Assembly (NCBI GenBank): GCA_036785375.1
Contig: JAWMAR010000008.1
Coordinates: forward strand, 9,486,001 to 9,550,000
Length of the DNA stretch: 64,000 nucleotides
Source: Leucoraja ocellata
Lineage: Eukaryota
Direction of reading: 5' to 3'
Shown here: positions 1 through 11,423 of the stretch, piece by piece
How the letters are laid out: each line of letters opens with the position of its first letter
Numbering within the stretch: the stretch's first letter is position 1
The notes under the pieces: generated by a model
Told to the model about the DNA's origin: nothing
Databases searched by the model: none
Seen by the model: the letters and a program-made list of their open reading frames with translations, nothing else
Position numbers and translations under genes: made by a program

Positions 1-74
1 CCAATGTTAGTACAAAAGGTATGTTTCAAAACACGACTTGGCCAGCATTTTATTTTACCTGGGACTCGCAATAC

Positions 75-180
75 AATAGCATATAGGTTTGACAGTGAGT
101 CAGGAGCTTATGAGTTCAAGTGCCATTCCAGGACTTGAGCACATAATTGCCACAGGCAATTCAGTGTAGTTCTGCATTAT
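75..180 (+). mobile_element. 5' part of an old DeuSINE/SacSINE1-like SINE (3' part at ~2505-2810)
   Basis: tgagtcaggagcttatgagttcaagtgccattccaggacttgagcacataat resembles the tRNA-derived head (B box GGTTCAAGTCC-like) of shark DeuSINEs as recalled. Confidence 0.5.
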
Positions 181-247
181 TACTTTAAACAAATCAAATT
201 AAGAGTTAAGAGTGTTTAATCATCATATGTATTTAAAAGGGAACAAT

Positions 248-376
248 AGATAGACACAAAAATCTGGAGTAACTCAGCGGGACAGGCAGCATCTCTGGCG
301 AGAAGGAATGGGTGACGTTTCGGGTTGAGACCCCTCAGGATTTAAACCAGCATCTGCAGATCCTTCTTACACATAC
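248..376. mobile_element. Penelope-derived inverted mini-element (centre deleted), 11-bp TSD
   Basis: An antisense arm is followed by the sense tail ccagcatctgcagatccttctt. It is flanked by aagggaacaat at 237-247 and 377-387. Confidence 0.8.
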
Positions 377-475
377 AAGGGAACAATGACTTGTTGCAGC
401 TGGACAAGCCTGCAAATGAAATAACAGACAGATAAATATATAACAATCAAAAGTACAATAAATTAATAACCATAG

Positions 476-966
476 TTTAGTTTAGTTTAGAGATACAGTG
501 CAGAAACAGGTCCTTCAGCACACCAGGTCCGCACCGACTAGCGACCCCCGCACATCCTACACACACTGGGGACGATTTAGACTTACACCAAGTCAATTAA
601 TCTACAAACCTGTACGTCTTTGGACTGCGGGAGGAAACCAAAGATCTCGGAGAAAACCCGTGTTGTTATGGGGAGAACATACAAACCCCGTACAGACAGC
701 ACCCGTAATCTGGATTGATTACAGGTCCCTGGCGCAGCAAGCGCTGTAAGGCAGCAAATTCATTGGCTATATTTAAGAGCGAGTTAGATGTGGCCCTTGT
801 GGCTAAAGGGATCAGGGGGTATGGAGAGAAGGCAGGTACAGGATACTGAGTTGGATGATCAGCCATGATCATATTGAATGGCGGTGCAGGCTCGAAGGGC
901 TGAATGGCCTACTCCTGCACCTATTTTCTATGTTTCTAAATCTACTGCTGCATCACCGTGCCGCCC
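476..966 (-). mobile_element. HE1-type V-SINE split by a CR1 3' fragment
   Basis: (TTTAG)n tail at 476, V-domain body, and head caccgtgccgccc at 954-966. Confidence 0.9.
760..938 (+). mobile_element. CR1/HER1 LINE 3' end nested in SINE
   Basis: gatcagccatgatcatattgaatggcggtgcaggctcgaagggctgaatggcctactcctgcacctattttctatgtttcta tail. Confidence 0.9.
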
Positions 967-1779
967 ACTGGGAACAATCTGTTCTTGAATCTGGTGGTTA
1001 CAATGTTTAGGCTCCTGTACCTTCTTCCCGATAACTGTGGCAAAATTAGAGTGTAGATAAGTGGTGTGGGTCTTTGACGATATTGGCTGTCATTTTGAGG
1101 CAGAGCTGCGCATACATCCCTAACATGGTGGGGAGGTCTGTACCTGTGATAGATCGGGCAGTGTCTACCCCTTTCAGCAGCTTCCTATGTGCCTGGGACA
1201 GTTGCTGAACCAGGCCATGATGCAACCAGTCAATATACTGTCTACCGTACACCAGTAAAAGTTCCATAGAGTATTCAGTGACATATTTAATGCCGTCAAT
1301 CTTCTAAGGATGTAGAGGCGTTGATGAGTTTCTTTGTAATTGCATCGATGAGTTGGGCCCAAGACGGTTCTTCAGAGATATGCACACCCAGTAACTTGAA
1401 GCTGCGTTACTGGTGACTCTCTCCACCTCCGTCCGATTGAACCACAGTTTTATGGATCCCCACGTTTCCGCTCCTGAAGTCAACACTCAGCTCTTTGGAC
1501 TTGATAATTTTGATTGTTGCTCTGGCACAATTCTAGAGATTTTCAATCTCCCTTCTACACTCTGACCTGTTATTTGTCCAACAACAGTGGTAACATTTGT
1601 GAATTCAAAGATGTCATTGGAGATGTGTCTGGATACACAGTCATTGGTTTAGAGAGAGTAGAGCATGGTACTGAACTTGCATTCCTCCAAGTCGAGAGAC
1701 CTAGTTCTAGTTTGATGTTAGGTTTGGGGAGGATAACTCAAAGCTGTCATTGTTTGACCGACAGTCTGACATACATTTC

Positions 1780-1945
1780 TACCTTGTTCAACATGATCCC
1801 ACCACCAGTCTCATCTTCTCATCCCCACCCCTTTCTACTTTCCACAGAGAGCACATCCTCCACAACTCCTTGGTGTGCTCTCCCTTCTCACTTCTCACCC
1901 AAACCGCCCCTTCCTCAGGTACTTTCTCCTGCAACTGCAGGACAT
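1780..1945 (+). mobile_element. Penelope-like element internal fragment (RT-EN linker)
   Basis: Peptide QHDPTTSLIFSSPPLSTFHREHILHNSLV...GTFSCNCR resembles the PLE linker DPTT.IF.SPPL.AFRR..SLRDSLV...GTFPC. Confidence 0.65.
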
Positions 1946-2504
1946 TTAGTTTAGTTTAGTTTATTGACATGTGTACAGTGAAAACCTTTATTTTCCAACA
2001 TCGGGCTCATTGGTTGAGATGACAATGGAGGCCCAAAAAGGTACATAGATGCTCTCTCTTTTGAAGGAAGCTTAGAAAACATTGAGTCCTTGCTATTACT
2101 TGAACTATCACTTTGTTTCATCTTGTAGGATGTGATGGTGTACCACAGTTGCTGGATGTCCATTTCATTCTTTAGTCCGAAAGTGAATCTTTGCTTTTCT
2201 GATGAGCTTTATCAAGGTCGTGTATCCAAGGGTTTTGTTTAGGGAACGTTCGGATGGTAGTGGCAATGCACTCCTCCACACATTTATTTGTGAAGTCGAT
2301 TACGACTGTAACCGTGGCCCATGGCCCATTGCCGACTCCTTGCACAATGTCCAGTCTACCGACGTCAAGCAATTGTACGTGGACAAAAGTGCTGGAGAAA
2401 CCCAGCGAATGAGGCAGCATCTATGGAGAGAAGGAATCGGCGACATTTCAGAAGCAATTGCACAGTTGTTTCAATGCATCCTCTGACCAACTTTGTGCAA
2501 TCCT

Positions 2505-2810
2505 CATCACTGTAGCTGAGCTCCTCTGTCTCTGTCTGTATGCAGAAGAAGGAGACATTTTGGCCCCGACTGCCTGTTCACAAAGGTATAAATGATTGCC
2601 ACAATATTATTTGGGAAAGAGTAAGGGATTTCCCTTGGTACGCTGGGTAACATTTATCACCCAAGCAGCACAATAAAGCACGGATTAAGTGGTCATTTGT
2701 CTCATATTGTCTGCCTACGTAACAACAGTGACAGCTCAGTGATAATAATTCATTCCCGCTAAGTGCTTTGGGACTTGCTGAAGACTGGAAGAAATTGTTG
2801 CAAATACAAG
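2505..2810 (+). mobile_element. 3' part (Deu domain and L2-like tail) of DeuSINE/SacSINE1-like SINE
   Basis: ggccccgactgcc...gggatttcccttggtacgctgggtaacatttatcaccc...ggattaagtggtcatt...acaacagtgac...aagtgctttggga...aaatacaag is colinear with the recalled Deu-domain consensus. Confidence 0.55.
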
Positions 2811-3080
2811 CATTACATAAAAAGCAAAAGTCGTTACCATGAAACGACACATGTAGAAGCAACATCTAAATGTACATTCCACCATTTTATGGCATTACCC
2901 ACGTCTGCTCCAAAACACTGCACTGTTCTGATATTGTTAACGGGACAGTGCTATCCGATTCAAGAGACAGACAAGAATAATATCAGTGAGATGAATATTT
3001 AAAAGGTGCAAGTAAACTATTCTAATTTTAACGTGAGATAATATTTCAAACAGTGCTTGGTAATCTATTACAGTATATTG

Positions 3081-3284
3081 CATAGGAAGGAACTGCAGGC
3101 GCTGGTTTAAACCGAAGATAGACATAAAAAGCTGGAGTAACCCAACGGGACAGGCAGCATTTCTGGAGAGAAGGAATGGGTGACATTTCGGGTTTGAAGA
3201 AAGGTCTTAACCCGAAACATCACCTGCTCCTTCTCTCCAGAGATGCTGCCTGTCCAGCTGAGTTACTCCAGCTTTTTGTGTCTA
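3081..3284. mobile_element. Penelope-derived hairpin mini-element, 17-bp TSD
   Basis: Two inverted arms are joined at the degenerate hammerhead motif. tctattac(a/g)gtatattg occurs at 3064-3080 and 3281-3297. Confidence 0.85.
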
Positions 3285-4639
3285 TTACGGTATATTGTTC
3301 TTTTTTTCACTTATTAAATACTGATAAGGATTGTTATATTTATCGCTTGTTTTAGTACCTAGTATCCATAAATCATCTGATTATTGGCCTAAGTTTAAAT
3401 TAAATGAATGAGTTGCTGGGATGGGAGAGGAAAGACTCTTTCATACATGAAGATATTAATTATTTGCTTCCAAATTCAATCATTTAGCTGGCGAAGGGAT
3501 TTTGTTTTGAAGTTATCGCACCCATTATCTCCAATTATTTTGCAATAAAATGCTGATTTTCTTGGATATGGTTTCCATTCTCTCTATCCAAGGGCTATGA
3601 ACTAGCTCTGATATTTCCAGTGATACGGATCATATCAGTGATATTCAATCTATTACTTTCCAGTCTGAGGGATTAGTCTCTGATTATTCAATAACCTGCA
3701 GGATGAATATGGAGCTGCTGATAACACTGAGACTGATGTAAACTTAGGAAATGCAAGCTCACACTCAGAAGAGAGAAGGTGTACCAATAGTGTGGATTTA
3801 CATACTGATGGCACTAAATTAATTGAAAACAATGCTCTCTGCAGCAAATTCTATGATAAATAAGTATAAATTTAAACTGCAATATGGAAAGGCAGTGAGC
3901 TCAACGCTCTAGCAAATAAACTGTTGTTGCCCTTTGGGCCAAGAGCTTGAGAGAAGACTATCTGACCTTTCTAACACCTCTATGGAGATAAACAGGTCAA
4001 TATGATTGCGATGTCCAAATCAGATAAAGATCCTAGCTCTGCAGGGAGTTGACATCTGCACTGCTCAATCTACAGTGATATGAGGAGATAATATTGGGTA
4101 AATAGCAATGACAATGGACGGACAGATGATCACTCTAGTCCAGTCTTAAATGCACAGCTTTGAAAAGTCATACATTTTCTGGCCACATAACACAGCAAAA
4201 TCTTCAAGCTGTGGGTATCGACTGTATTTTCTCCATGACGTTGGAGAGTCTGGTTAGTTCAGAACACCAGCGCCTAGGATACAAAAATCTCACGTAACCT
4301 CAATCAGGCAAAGCTGAGTGGCAAAGGATGGTAATAATATAACAACGTGAAAATTGAGAAATATGTCAAATGTGAATGTGGGGAGTGTTTGGGAAAATAC
4401 TTGACCATTGGATAATCCATAACCACTGTCAGCATCCAGCAGCATCCTCCAACTCTTCAGGCCAAATGGCATCATTAGATTCTGGCTGAGGATTTTGAGC
4501 AATGCATATGATTCTTAGATGATCTGAGGATGGAAATTTGAAAGCAAGCCCACAGTCTTTAGCATAGTCTTGCAAACCTTGGGGCAGAGAGGACCACAGA
4601 TTTGTTGATGAATATGAAATAGCTTGATTGGCTTTAAAT

Positions 4640-5060
4640 TGTAGGTCGAATTGATCTGCTCAATCTTGACTCCTAGGATATTGATGGTGGGGGAATCAGT
4701 GATGGAATTGCCATTGAATCTCAAGGACAGGTGGTTAAACACTCCCTTCTTGCATCTGACTATTTGCCAGCATCTATGTGGCATAACATTGGCCCATGCT
4801 TGAATCACTGCATTCAGCCATGGACTTTGTTTATCTGCTGAGCAGTTAGAAAATGGAATTGAGCATTATACAATCACCAGCGAACATGCCCACCTCTGAC
4901 TTTATGATGCATGGAAGGTCATTGATGAAGTGTCTGATGATGGTTGGACTCTCTGACTTTCTATGATTCTATGACATTGTCTTGTGGAACTTCTGCAGAA
5001 GTGTTCTGAAACTGAGATTGTTGATCTTCAGCAGCCTCAACCATCTTTCTTTATGCAAGG
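4640..5060 (-). mobile_element. Old CR1/L2-clade LINE RT fragment
   Basis: Peptide IQAWA...PHRC...FNGNSITDSPTINILGVKI. Related sequence lies at 19820-20520 and ~40290. Confidence 0.6.
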
Positions 5061-6540
5061 TACAACTCCAACTTCTGCCCATGAATCACGGACTTACAAA
5101 GCACAGAAAAAGGCCAAACATCACTTATACAAATCTCTTTTACATGTACTCACTCCATGGTCTTCCATGCCTTGATAATTAAATTGCACAGTTAATGCAG
5201 GTTACAAAGAAAGGTTATGAAGTACATTTCTACCATTAACTGTTGGGGTTATGGCAGAACAGCACAGATATCAACTCATGCCTTTGTGGCACCAGGTAGC
5301 ACGTGACTTGGAAAAGGCATGAACGCTTTGGCATGTCTGCTGTGTGCACCTACATTTGAAGTACACCCAGCCATGCTAAACTGCCCAAAGCCAATTAAGT
5401 GGTCCTGCAGTGGTAGATCGCTGTCATACAGGAATAATATTTTAGTCTAACCTAGAAAATGGAACTTGGTGTCCTAAATTTAATATTCATTTCCTGCACG
5501 TCATTTTCCGACTGCCAAGAGATTAATCCTCAGATTATTGGAAAGCATGTCAGATTTTATTGAGTCACATTCAAGATTAATGTAATTGCAATGCATGCAA
5601 TTAGCATCGCATAACGCAGCATGTCATGTTCCCTTACGGATGCAAAGGGGCTTTGAATTCTCAGCAGAAATGAGGTTTCTTTTACAAGCTGCCCAATATG
5701 ACATTATTCATTTCAACTCAATTATATTGCCCAGTTAGATAAAATGAAATATTGTAGGCATGCTGCATGTTAAAGTGTCAGTATCTGCCAGTCTAACAGC
5801 TCCGGAAATATGAAATATGAAACAAGCGTTGCTACATTTTGCCACTTGTCCATAATTTGAAGTAAAATTACCATTTAAAAAAGGTACTGCTTTTATTTTT
5901 ATTCATCTCTGTATAAACATTGACTAGAGAGCTCAATGTCAAACACTAGTACATCTGCAGGCAATGTCAGATTAGTAATTGTATTCAGAATAGTATTTCC
6001 CCACCAGATGTTCACCTTTTCGCTGTGAAAATGTTTTATTTATTACTGCCAGATACAGTGCGACATTAATCACAGTCAAAGATTATGACGTCACAGTAAA
6101 GGAGGTGATTGTGTTCAGAAATTACAGAGTTGGGAGGGCATAAAGGCAAGAGCGTTGAGGAGATTAGTGCAACTGGGATTGTGCAGGTTTATACACACTT
6201 TGATAGGATTAGCTAAACTGCATACAAGGGTCAACCAGATCCACTAACACTTAAAGAAACAATGTGGGGACTGGGTGAAGTAATTCATCTTTGATCATTG
6301 GCCCTCACTTGGCACATAAATAGCGACCTTTGATTATATCTCCTCTGCAGGTTTGGTTCATTGACTCTTGCATTCAGTGTTTTTAACTGTACTCCTTCAG
6401 CACCCAAGACAAAATCTGCTTTCAATGTGTGCATTTAATTTAATTTGCTGCAGGAGTTTCTAACATGGCACAATACATAAACGGTTTAAGCTTGCTCTGC
6501 AACCGCAAATTACACACCATGTTAAAGCAATATATTGTTT

Positions 6541-7025
6541 AAGAAGGAACTGCAGATGCTGGAAAATCGAAGGTACACAAAAAAGCTGGAGAAACTCAGC
6601 GGGTGCAGCAGCATCTATGGAGCGAAGGAAATAGGTAACGTTTCGGGCTGAAACCCTTCTTCAGACTGATGGGGGGTGGTGGTAGTGGCGGGGAGAAGAA
6701 AGGAAAAAGGAGGAGAAGGAGCCCGAGGGCTGAGGGAGAGATGGGAAGGAGAGGAGACAGCAAGGGCTAACAGAATTGGGAGAATTCAATGTTCATGCCC
6801 CCAGGATGCAGACTACCCAAACGGAATATGAGGTGCTGTTCCTCCTATTTCCGGTGGTGCTCACTCTGGCCATGGAGGAGGCCCAGGACAGAGAGGTCGG
6901 ATACGGAATGGGAGGGGGAGTTGAAGTGCTGAGCCACCGGGAGGTCAGGTTGGTTAATGCGGACTGAGCGGAGGTGTTCAGCAAAATGATCGCCAAGCCT
7001 ACGCTTGGTCTCACCGATGTAGATC
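6541..7025 (-). mobile_element. 5'-truncated Penelope-like element: GIY-YIG endonuclease C-part plus 3' end, 18-bp TSD
   Basis: YIGETKRRLGDHFAEHLRSV...PVAQHFNSPSH (6845-7025) is a PLE GIY-YIG domain. taaagcaatatattgttt is duplicated at 6523-6540 and 7032-7049. Confidence 0.9.
6637..6664 (-). ncRNA. Minimal hammerhead ribozyme motif in PLE 3' end
   Basis: Minus strand reads CUGAAGA-A-GGG-UUUCAG-CCC-GAAAC-GUU: the catalytic core boxes, a short stem II and a palindromic ACGU stem III. Confidence 0.65.
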
Positions 7026-7319
7026 AATATGTAAAGCAATATATTGTTTGGTTAATTCCGTGATAGTTTGTTTGAAGGAACAGCCATACCACAAATTGCA
7101 AATAGGACAAATACTATGTAATGTAACTTGTTCTTCTGACTGGGCAATTTCAAATTTAACTGACTTCTATTTAACCCAATGAACACAATAGTGTTTTTAA
7201 TTAATTTGATATCCAACCGAAATCTAGAGCAGGAGGTGTTATTTTCAGCATTCCATAAAAAGGCAGGTCCAATTATCTCAAGGACCTGGAAGTAATCTAG
7301 AAAAAGTATACTCCATTTC

Positions 7320-7612
7320 ATTGGTGAGTTTCATTGTCTGTAACTTGTTTTCATCTTGTTCACAGCTAACAATGGCCTATTTCATTTATCATCGTTACAT
7401 TTTTGCATAACTTTCATTCATTTGTTCTCTCCCTCTCTCTATTATCATCTACATCTCTCGTTTTCCTTTCTCCTGACTCTCAGACTGAAGAAGGGTCTTA
7501 ACCCGAAATGTTACCTCTTTCTTTTCTCCAAAGATGCTCTCTGACCCGCTGAGTTACTCCAGCATTTTGTGTCTACCTTCAGCGTAAACCAGCATCTGCA
7601 GTTCCTTCCTAT
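7320..7612 (+). mobile_element. Penelope-like element 3' end
   Basis: Pyrimidine-rich UTR, ctgaagaagggtcttaacccgaaatgtt hammerhead remnant, and ccagcatctgcagttccttcct terminus. Confidence 0.8.
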
Positions 7613-7957
7613 ACAAATAAATGAGAACAATGGGGGACCCTGTGGTAGGAGTGTGTCGTCTAATAAGAATAATTGATGGGAAGAAGATGAAGACATCTTC
7701 CATAATCTACAACCCCTCCTGACTCTGTCACCATTGGACCCTTCCCTCCCTCACCAGACTCCAATTGCCAATAAACTTGTCTTCAGGTGGATCCACCTAA
7801 TACTTCCCTGCTCTTGCCATACCTCTCCCCCTCTGTATCCTGGCTCTCTCCCCTCTACTCTTTCAGTCCAGGTGAAGGGTGTTGATCTGAAACACAACTT
7901 TCATTTTCTTCCACAGATGCTGTCTGACCCACTGAGTTATAGAGCCATAGTGTCTTA

Positions 7958-8396
7958 AGGGCGTGTCCCATGAGCATGCGACCTGCATGCGGCAAGTGCG
8001 ACCTAAAGGGCCGGTCCCACCAGCATGCGCCTGCATGCGGCAAGCGCGACCTAACGTGGTTGCTTGAGCCGTACGGCATGCGGCAAGCGCGACCAAACCA
8101 GAAGCGGGAGCCGCACGGAGGTCGAGTGAGTGACATGAGGCGGCTGCGGGCCGCCAGGCCGGTGCCGCGCGGAATTATTAAACTCGGTCAGTTTTTCAGA
8201 GCCCCGCGCGATGTCGGGACCAGCTCCGCACAACTCCATATGGCTTCGGCGATCGAAGTGGGACCGGCCCCGCGAGGCCGTACGGCTTAAGTTACCACAT
8301 TAGGTCGCGCTTGCCGCATGCAGGCACATGCTGGTGGGACCGGCCCTTTAGGTCGCGCATGCCGCATGCAGGTCGCATGCTCGTGGGACAGGCCCT
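7958..8396. mobile_element. PIF/Harbinger-like MITE with tandemly doubled TIRs, TTA TSD
   Basis: Termini AGGGC..GTCCCA / TGGGAC..GCCCT, with TTA at 7955-57 and 8397-99. It interrupts a CR1-type tail (catagtgtcTTActgcgtggaaacaggccc). Confidence 0.85.
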
Positions 8397-8399
8397 TTA

Positions 8400-8535
8400 C
8401 TGCGTGGAAACAGGCCCTTTGGCTCAACTTGCCTACACCGGCCAACATGTTGCACCTGCCTGTGTTTGGCCCATATCCCTCTAAACTTGGCCTATCCATG
8501 TATCTGTCTAAATGTTTCTTAAACATTGTGATAGT
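8400..8535 (-). mobile_element. CR1/HER1 3' tail fragment
   Basis: FKKHLDRYMD...LEGYGPNTGR on the minus strand and the ggaaacaggccc tail. Confidence 0.75.
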
Positions 8536-9051
8536 TCCTCCAGCAGTTTGCTTTTTTGCTTGCAATTCAGGGACTGGATATCGTCAACATCAAATGGACT
8601 GTAACAAATAGAGAAGATAGCAAACCACTAACCGCATGAATAGATAAAAGCTAACTTTCCCATTGATGTCCAAATGCTGTGAATAGTTGTGCACGCTGCA
8701 ACATTTAGTTTTTGACTGAATTTTATTGGGACTTTTCATGTTTTCATCTACCTGTTCCCTTCATATAATTATAGTGTCATACAAACAATACCAGCACAGA
8801 TTTCCCAAAGGAACTTGAACTAAGGACAGTTTGAAACAAGACTAGTAAGCAAAAAGAGGCAGCTCTCAATAGTTTGGCTTTGTTTATCATTTGTTTAATA
8901 TATGAGGATTGACAAATATATGGACCCATCAATATATGAACTCTTTGTTTTAAAAAGTTTGTTTTAAAATCTGGCAAGTTTTTTCTTCATTCTTTTCTCG
9001 TCAATGTTTTTTTTTTTGTGGTTTGCATTGGAATGGCATTGCATTCTTCCT

Positions 9052-9165
9052 CAAGGAAGATGCTGGAAAAACTCGAAGGTAGACAAAAATGCTGGAGAAA
9101 CTCAGCAGGTGAAGCAGCATCTCGGGCCTCACCCGCTGAGTTTCTCCAGCATTTTTGTCTGCCTT
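9052..9165. mobile_element. Penelope-derived hairpin mini-element (centre deleted)
   Basis: agacaaaaatgctggagaaactcagc ... gctgagtttctccagcatttttgtct inverted arms. Confidence 0.75.
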
Positions 9166-9643
9166 ACATTTATCCTTTCTGTCATTGAAAACACTCCATA
9201 GATTGGGCACTCTCTCTCCTTGCAAATCCCTCCAGCTTTGCAAGTCTTAGACATCTGCGTAATCTTTAAATCCTGGCCCTTTTGCAGTGATGATTTCCTC
9301 TGTGCTACCATAGCTGACCAGGTGGAATTCCCTTCAAATACTTACTTGATTCAAAATGCTCCTTTATGCCTCCACTATGTGTAAAGATTCTCACCATCTA
9401 TGTTTGTACGGTTCAGTCTTAAATCCTGCCTGTTGATGCTCCAGTGAAGCACCATTGGGCATTTTATGATCTTAGACACCAAGTAAATACAAGTTGGTAT
9501 TGATTGCTTTCCCTTGCGCATGTCAGTTATCCTCTGAAGTGTACCTTGACCCCAATTATTCTAATCTTTCAATTTAATATCTTCCAATCTGATGTCTCGA
9601 TTGAATATCATTATAGTCCAGGGGAAAGGTAAATGGAGAAGAC

Positions 9644-10039
9644 AGACACAAAAAGCTGGAGTAACTCAGCGGGTCAGACAGCATCTTTGGAGAAAAGAAA
9701 GAGGTAACATTTCGGGTCAAGACCCTTCTTCAGTCTGAGAGTCAGGAGAAAGGAAAACGAGAGATGTAGATGATGATAGAGAGAGGGAGAGAACAAATGA
9801 ATGAAAGATATGCAAAAAAGTAACGATGATAAATGAAATAGGCCATTGTTAGCTGTGAACGAGATGAAAACAAGTTACAGACAATGAAACTCACCAATGA
9901 AATGGAGTAAACTTTTTCTAGATCACTTCCAGGTCCTTGAGATAATTGGACCTGCCTTTTTATGGAATGCTGAAAATAACACCTCCTGCTCTAGGTTTCG
10001 GTTGGAAAACAAATTAATTAAAAACATTATTGTGTTCAT
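9644..10039 (-). repeat. Inverted copy of 7179-7574 (PLE 3' end plus ~140 bp of flanking sequence)
   Basis: Near-identical reverse complement. It produces the twin spurious ORFs MKWS(I/K)LFLD.FQVLEIIGPAFLWNAENNTSCSRFRL. Confidence 0.9.
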
Positions 10040-10559
10040 CAGCCAACAAACAACTGATCGTATAAACTGCAGAACTATTTGTAGCTTAACGATTTGTATC
10101 ATTATTCATTCATTATTAAATGTAGGTACACTCAAAGACCAATCAAAATGTTGGTTCATCTTGTGGTACGTGTTCATTCCGAGCTGCAAAGTTTTACTTT
10201 GTTTTTGTCACATGCTGGTTCTTCATTATTCTCCTTTTGCATTTTGCTGTTTCTTCGTTGATGGCATTTTAATCTATGTTGCCTGTTTATTTGCAATCTT
10301 GGTAATATTGAATAAACCTCAGTTTGTGATTAGTTATTTCATTGCTGATCTCATCAGATTTCTTTTGGCTTGTGTTCATTGAAACTATAATTCAGCATGT
10401 CACATGCAAGACATTTTATTTCTAGAGACTACACCATTTGGGCTCAATTTACGACATATTTTCCTTGATCTAACCACTATAGACTTAAATTTGAATCTCA
10501 GTCGAATCTCAGTCGAATCTATACTTCTTATAGTCCTCTTATGCAAGGTTTATTTTAAC

Positions 10560-10737
10560 AAATTTACAGAAGCCAATTAACCCACAAACCTGTACAACTT
10601 TGGAGTGTGGGAGGAAACCGGAGCACCCGGAGAAACCTCACGTGGTCACAGCATACAAACTCCGTACAGACAGCAGTAATCAGAATTGAACCCAGTGCTG
10701 TGGTGCTGTAAGGCAGCAACTCTACCACAGTGCCGAT
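10560..10737 (-). mobile_element. HE1 V-SINE (partial)
   Basis: tgggaggaaaccggagcacccggagaaa...aaggcagcaactctacc. Confidence 0.85.
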
Positions 10738-10880
10738 GTGCCATTCCTGAACTTGCATATACATATGTGGATATACGTACACATACTCTGAACACATGCA
10801 GGGATACCCCAACAGTATATTGCTGTGGGACTGTTGAAATTGTAGAGTTTCTATCCTGATGAAAAGATAATTGACATCTG

Positions 10881-11251
10881 CTCTGTCTCCTCAGATCCTG
10901 GTGAACTTCTACCGCTGCACCATCGAGAGCATCCTTACCAACTGCATCACAGTATGGTATGGCAACTGCTCTGTCTCCGACCGGAAGGCATTGCAGAGAG
11001 TGGTGAAAATTTCCCAACGCATCACCGGTTCCACGCTCCCCTCCATTGAGTCTGTCCAAAGCAAGCGCTGTCTGCGGAGGGCGCTCAGCATCGCCAAGGA
11101 CTGCTCTCACCCCAACCATGGACTGTTTACCCTCCTACCATCCGGGAGGCGCTACAGGTCTCTCCGTTGCCGAACCAGCAGGTCGAGGAACAGCTTCTTT
11201 CCGGCGGCTGTCACTCTACTAAACAACGTACCTCGGTGACTGCCAATCGCC

Positions 11252-11284
<33 letters not shown>

Positions 11285-11423
11285 ACACTTATTATTTTTT
11301 TTATTCAAATCGTTTGCTATGTCGCTCTTCAAGGGAGATGCTAAATGCATTTCGTTGTCTCTGTACTGTACACTGACAATGACAATTAAAATTGAATCTG
11401 AATCTGAATCTGAATCTGAATCT
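10881..11423 (+). mobile_element. Rex1/Babar LINE 3' fragment (young)
   Basis: Open frame ILVNFYRCTIESILTNCITVWYGN...[19 protein letters not shown]...RNSFFP, a poly-C tract in the 3' UTR, and a (TGAATC)n tail. Confidence 0.9.

Larger units (their letters stand above)
190..2390 (-). mobile_element. Degraded Rex1/Babar-type LINE interrupted by younger insertions
   Basis: Minus-strand peptides QRLYILRRL, NFYWCTVDSILTGCIMAWFSNC (1174-1362), QQLWYTITSYK (~2110-2160) and FTNKCVEECIATTIRTFPKQNPWI (2220-2290) match Rex1 RT and linker motifs. A 3' tail lies at ~190-235. Confidence 0.7.

Noticed and set aside
9897-10382. 161-aa hydrophobic ORF with an apparent paralogue at 7052-7321
   Set aside because: The similarity comes from the nucleotide-level inverted duplication. 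The ATG lies at a PLE junction and the tail is T-rich sequence with no family resemblance.
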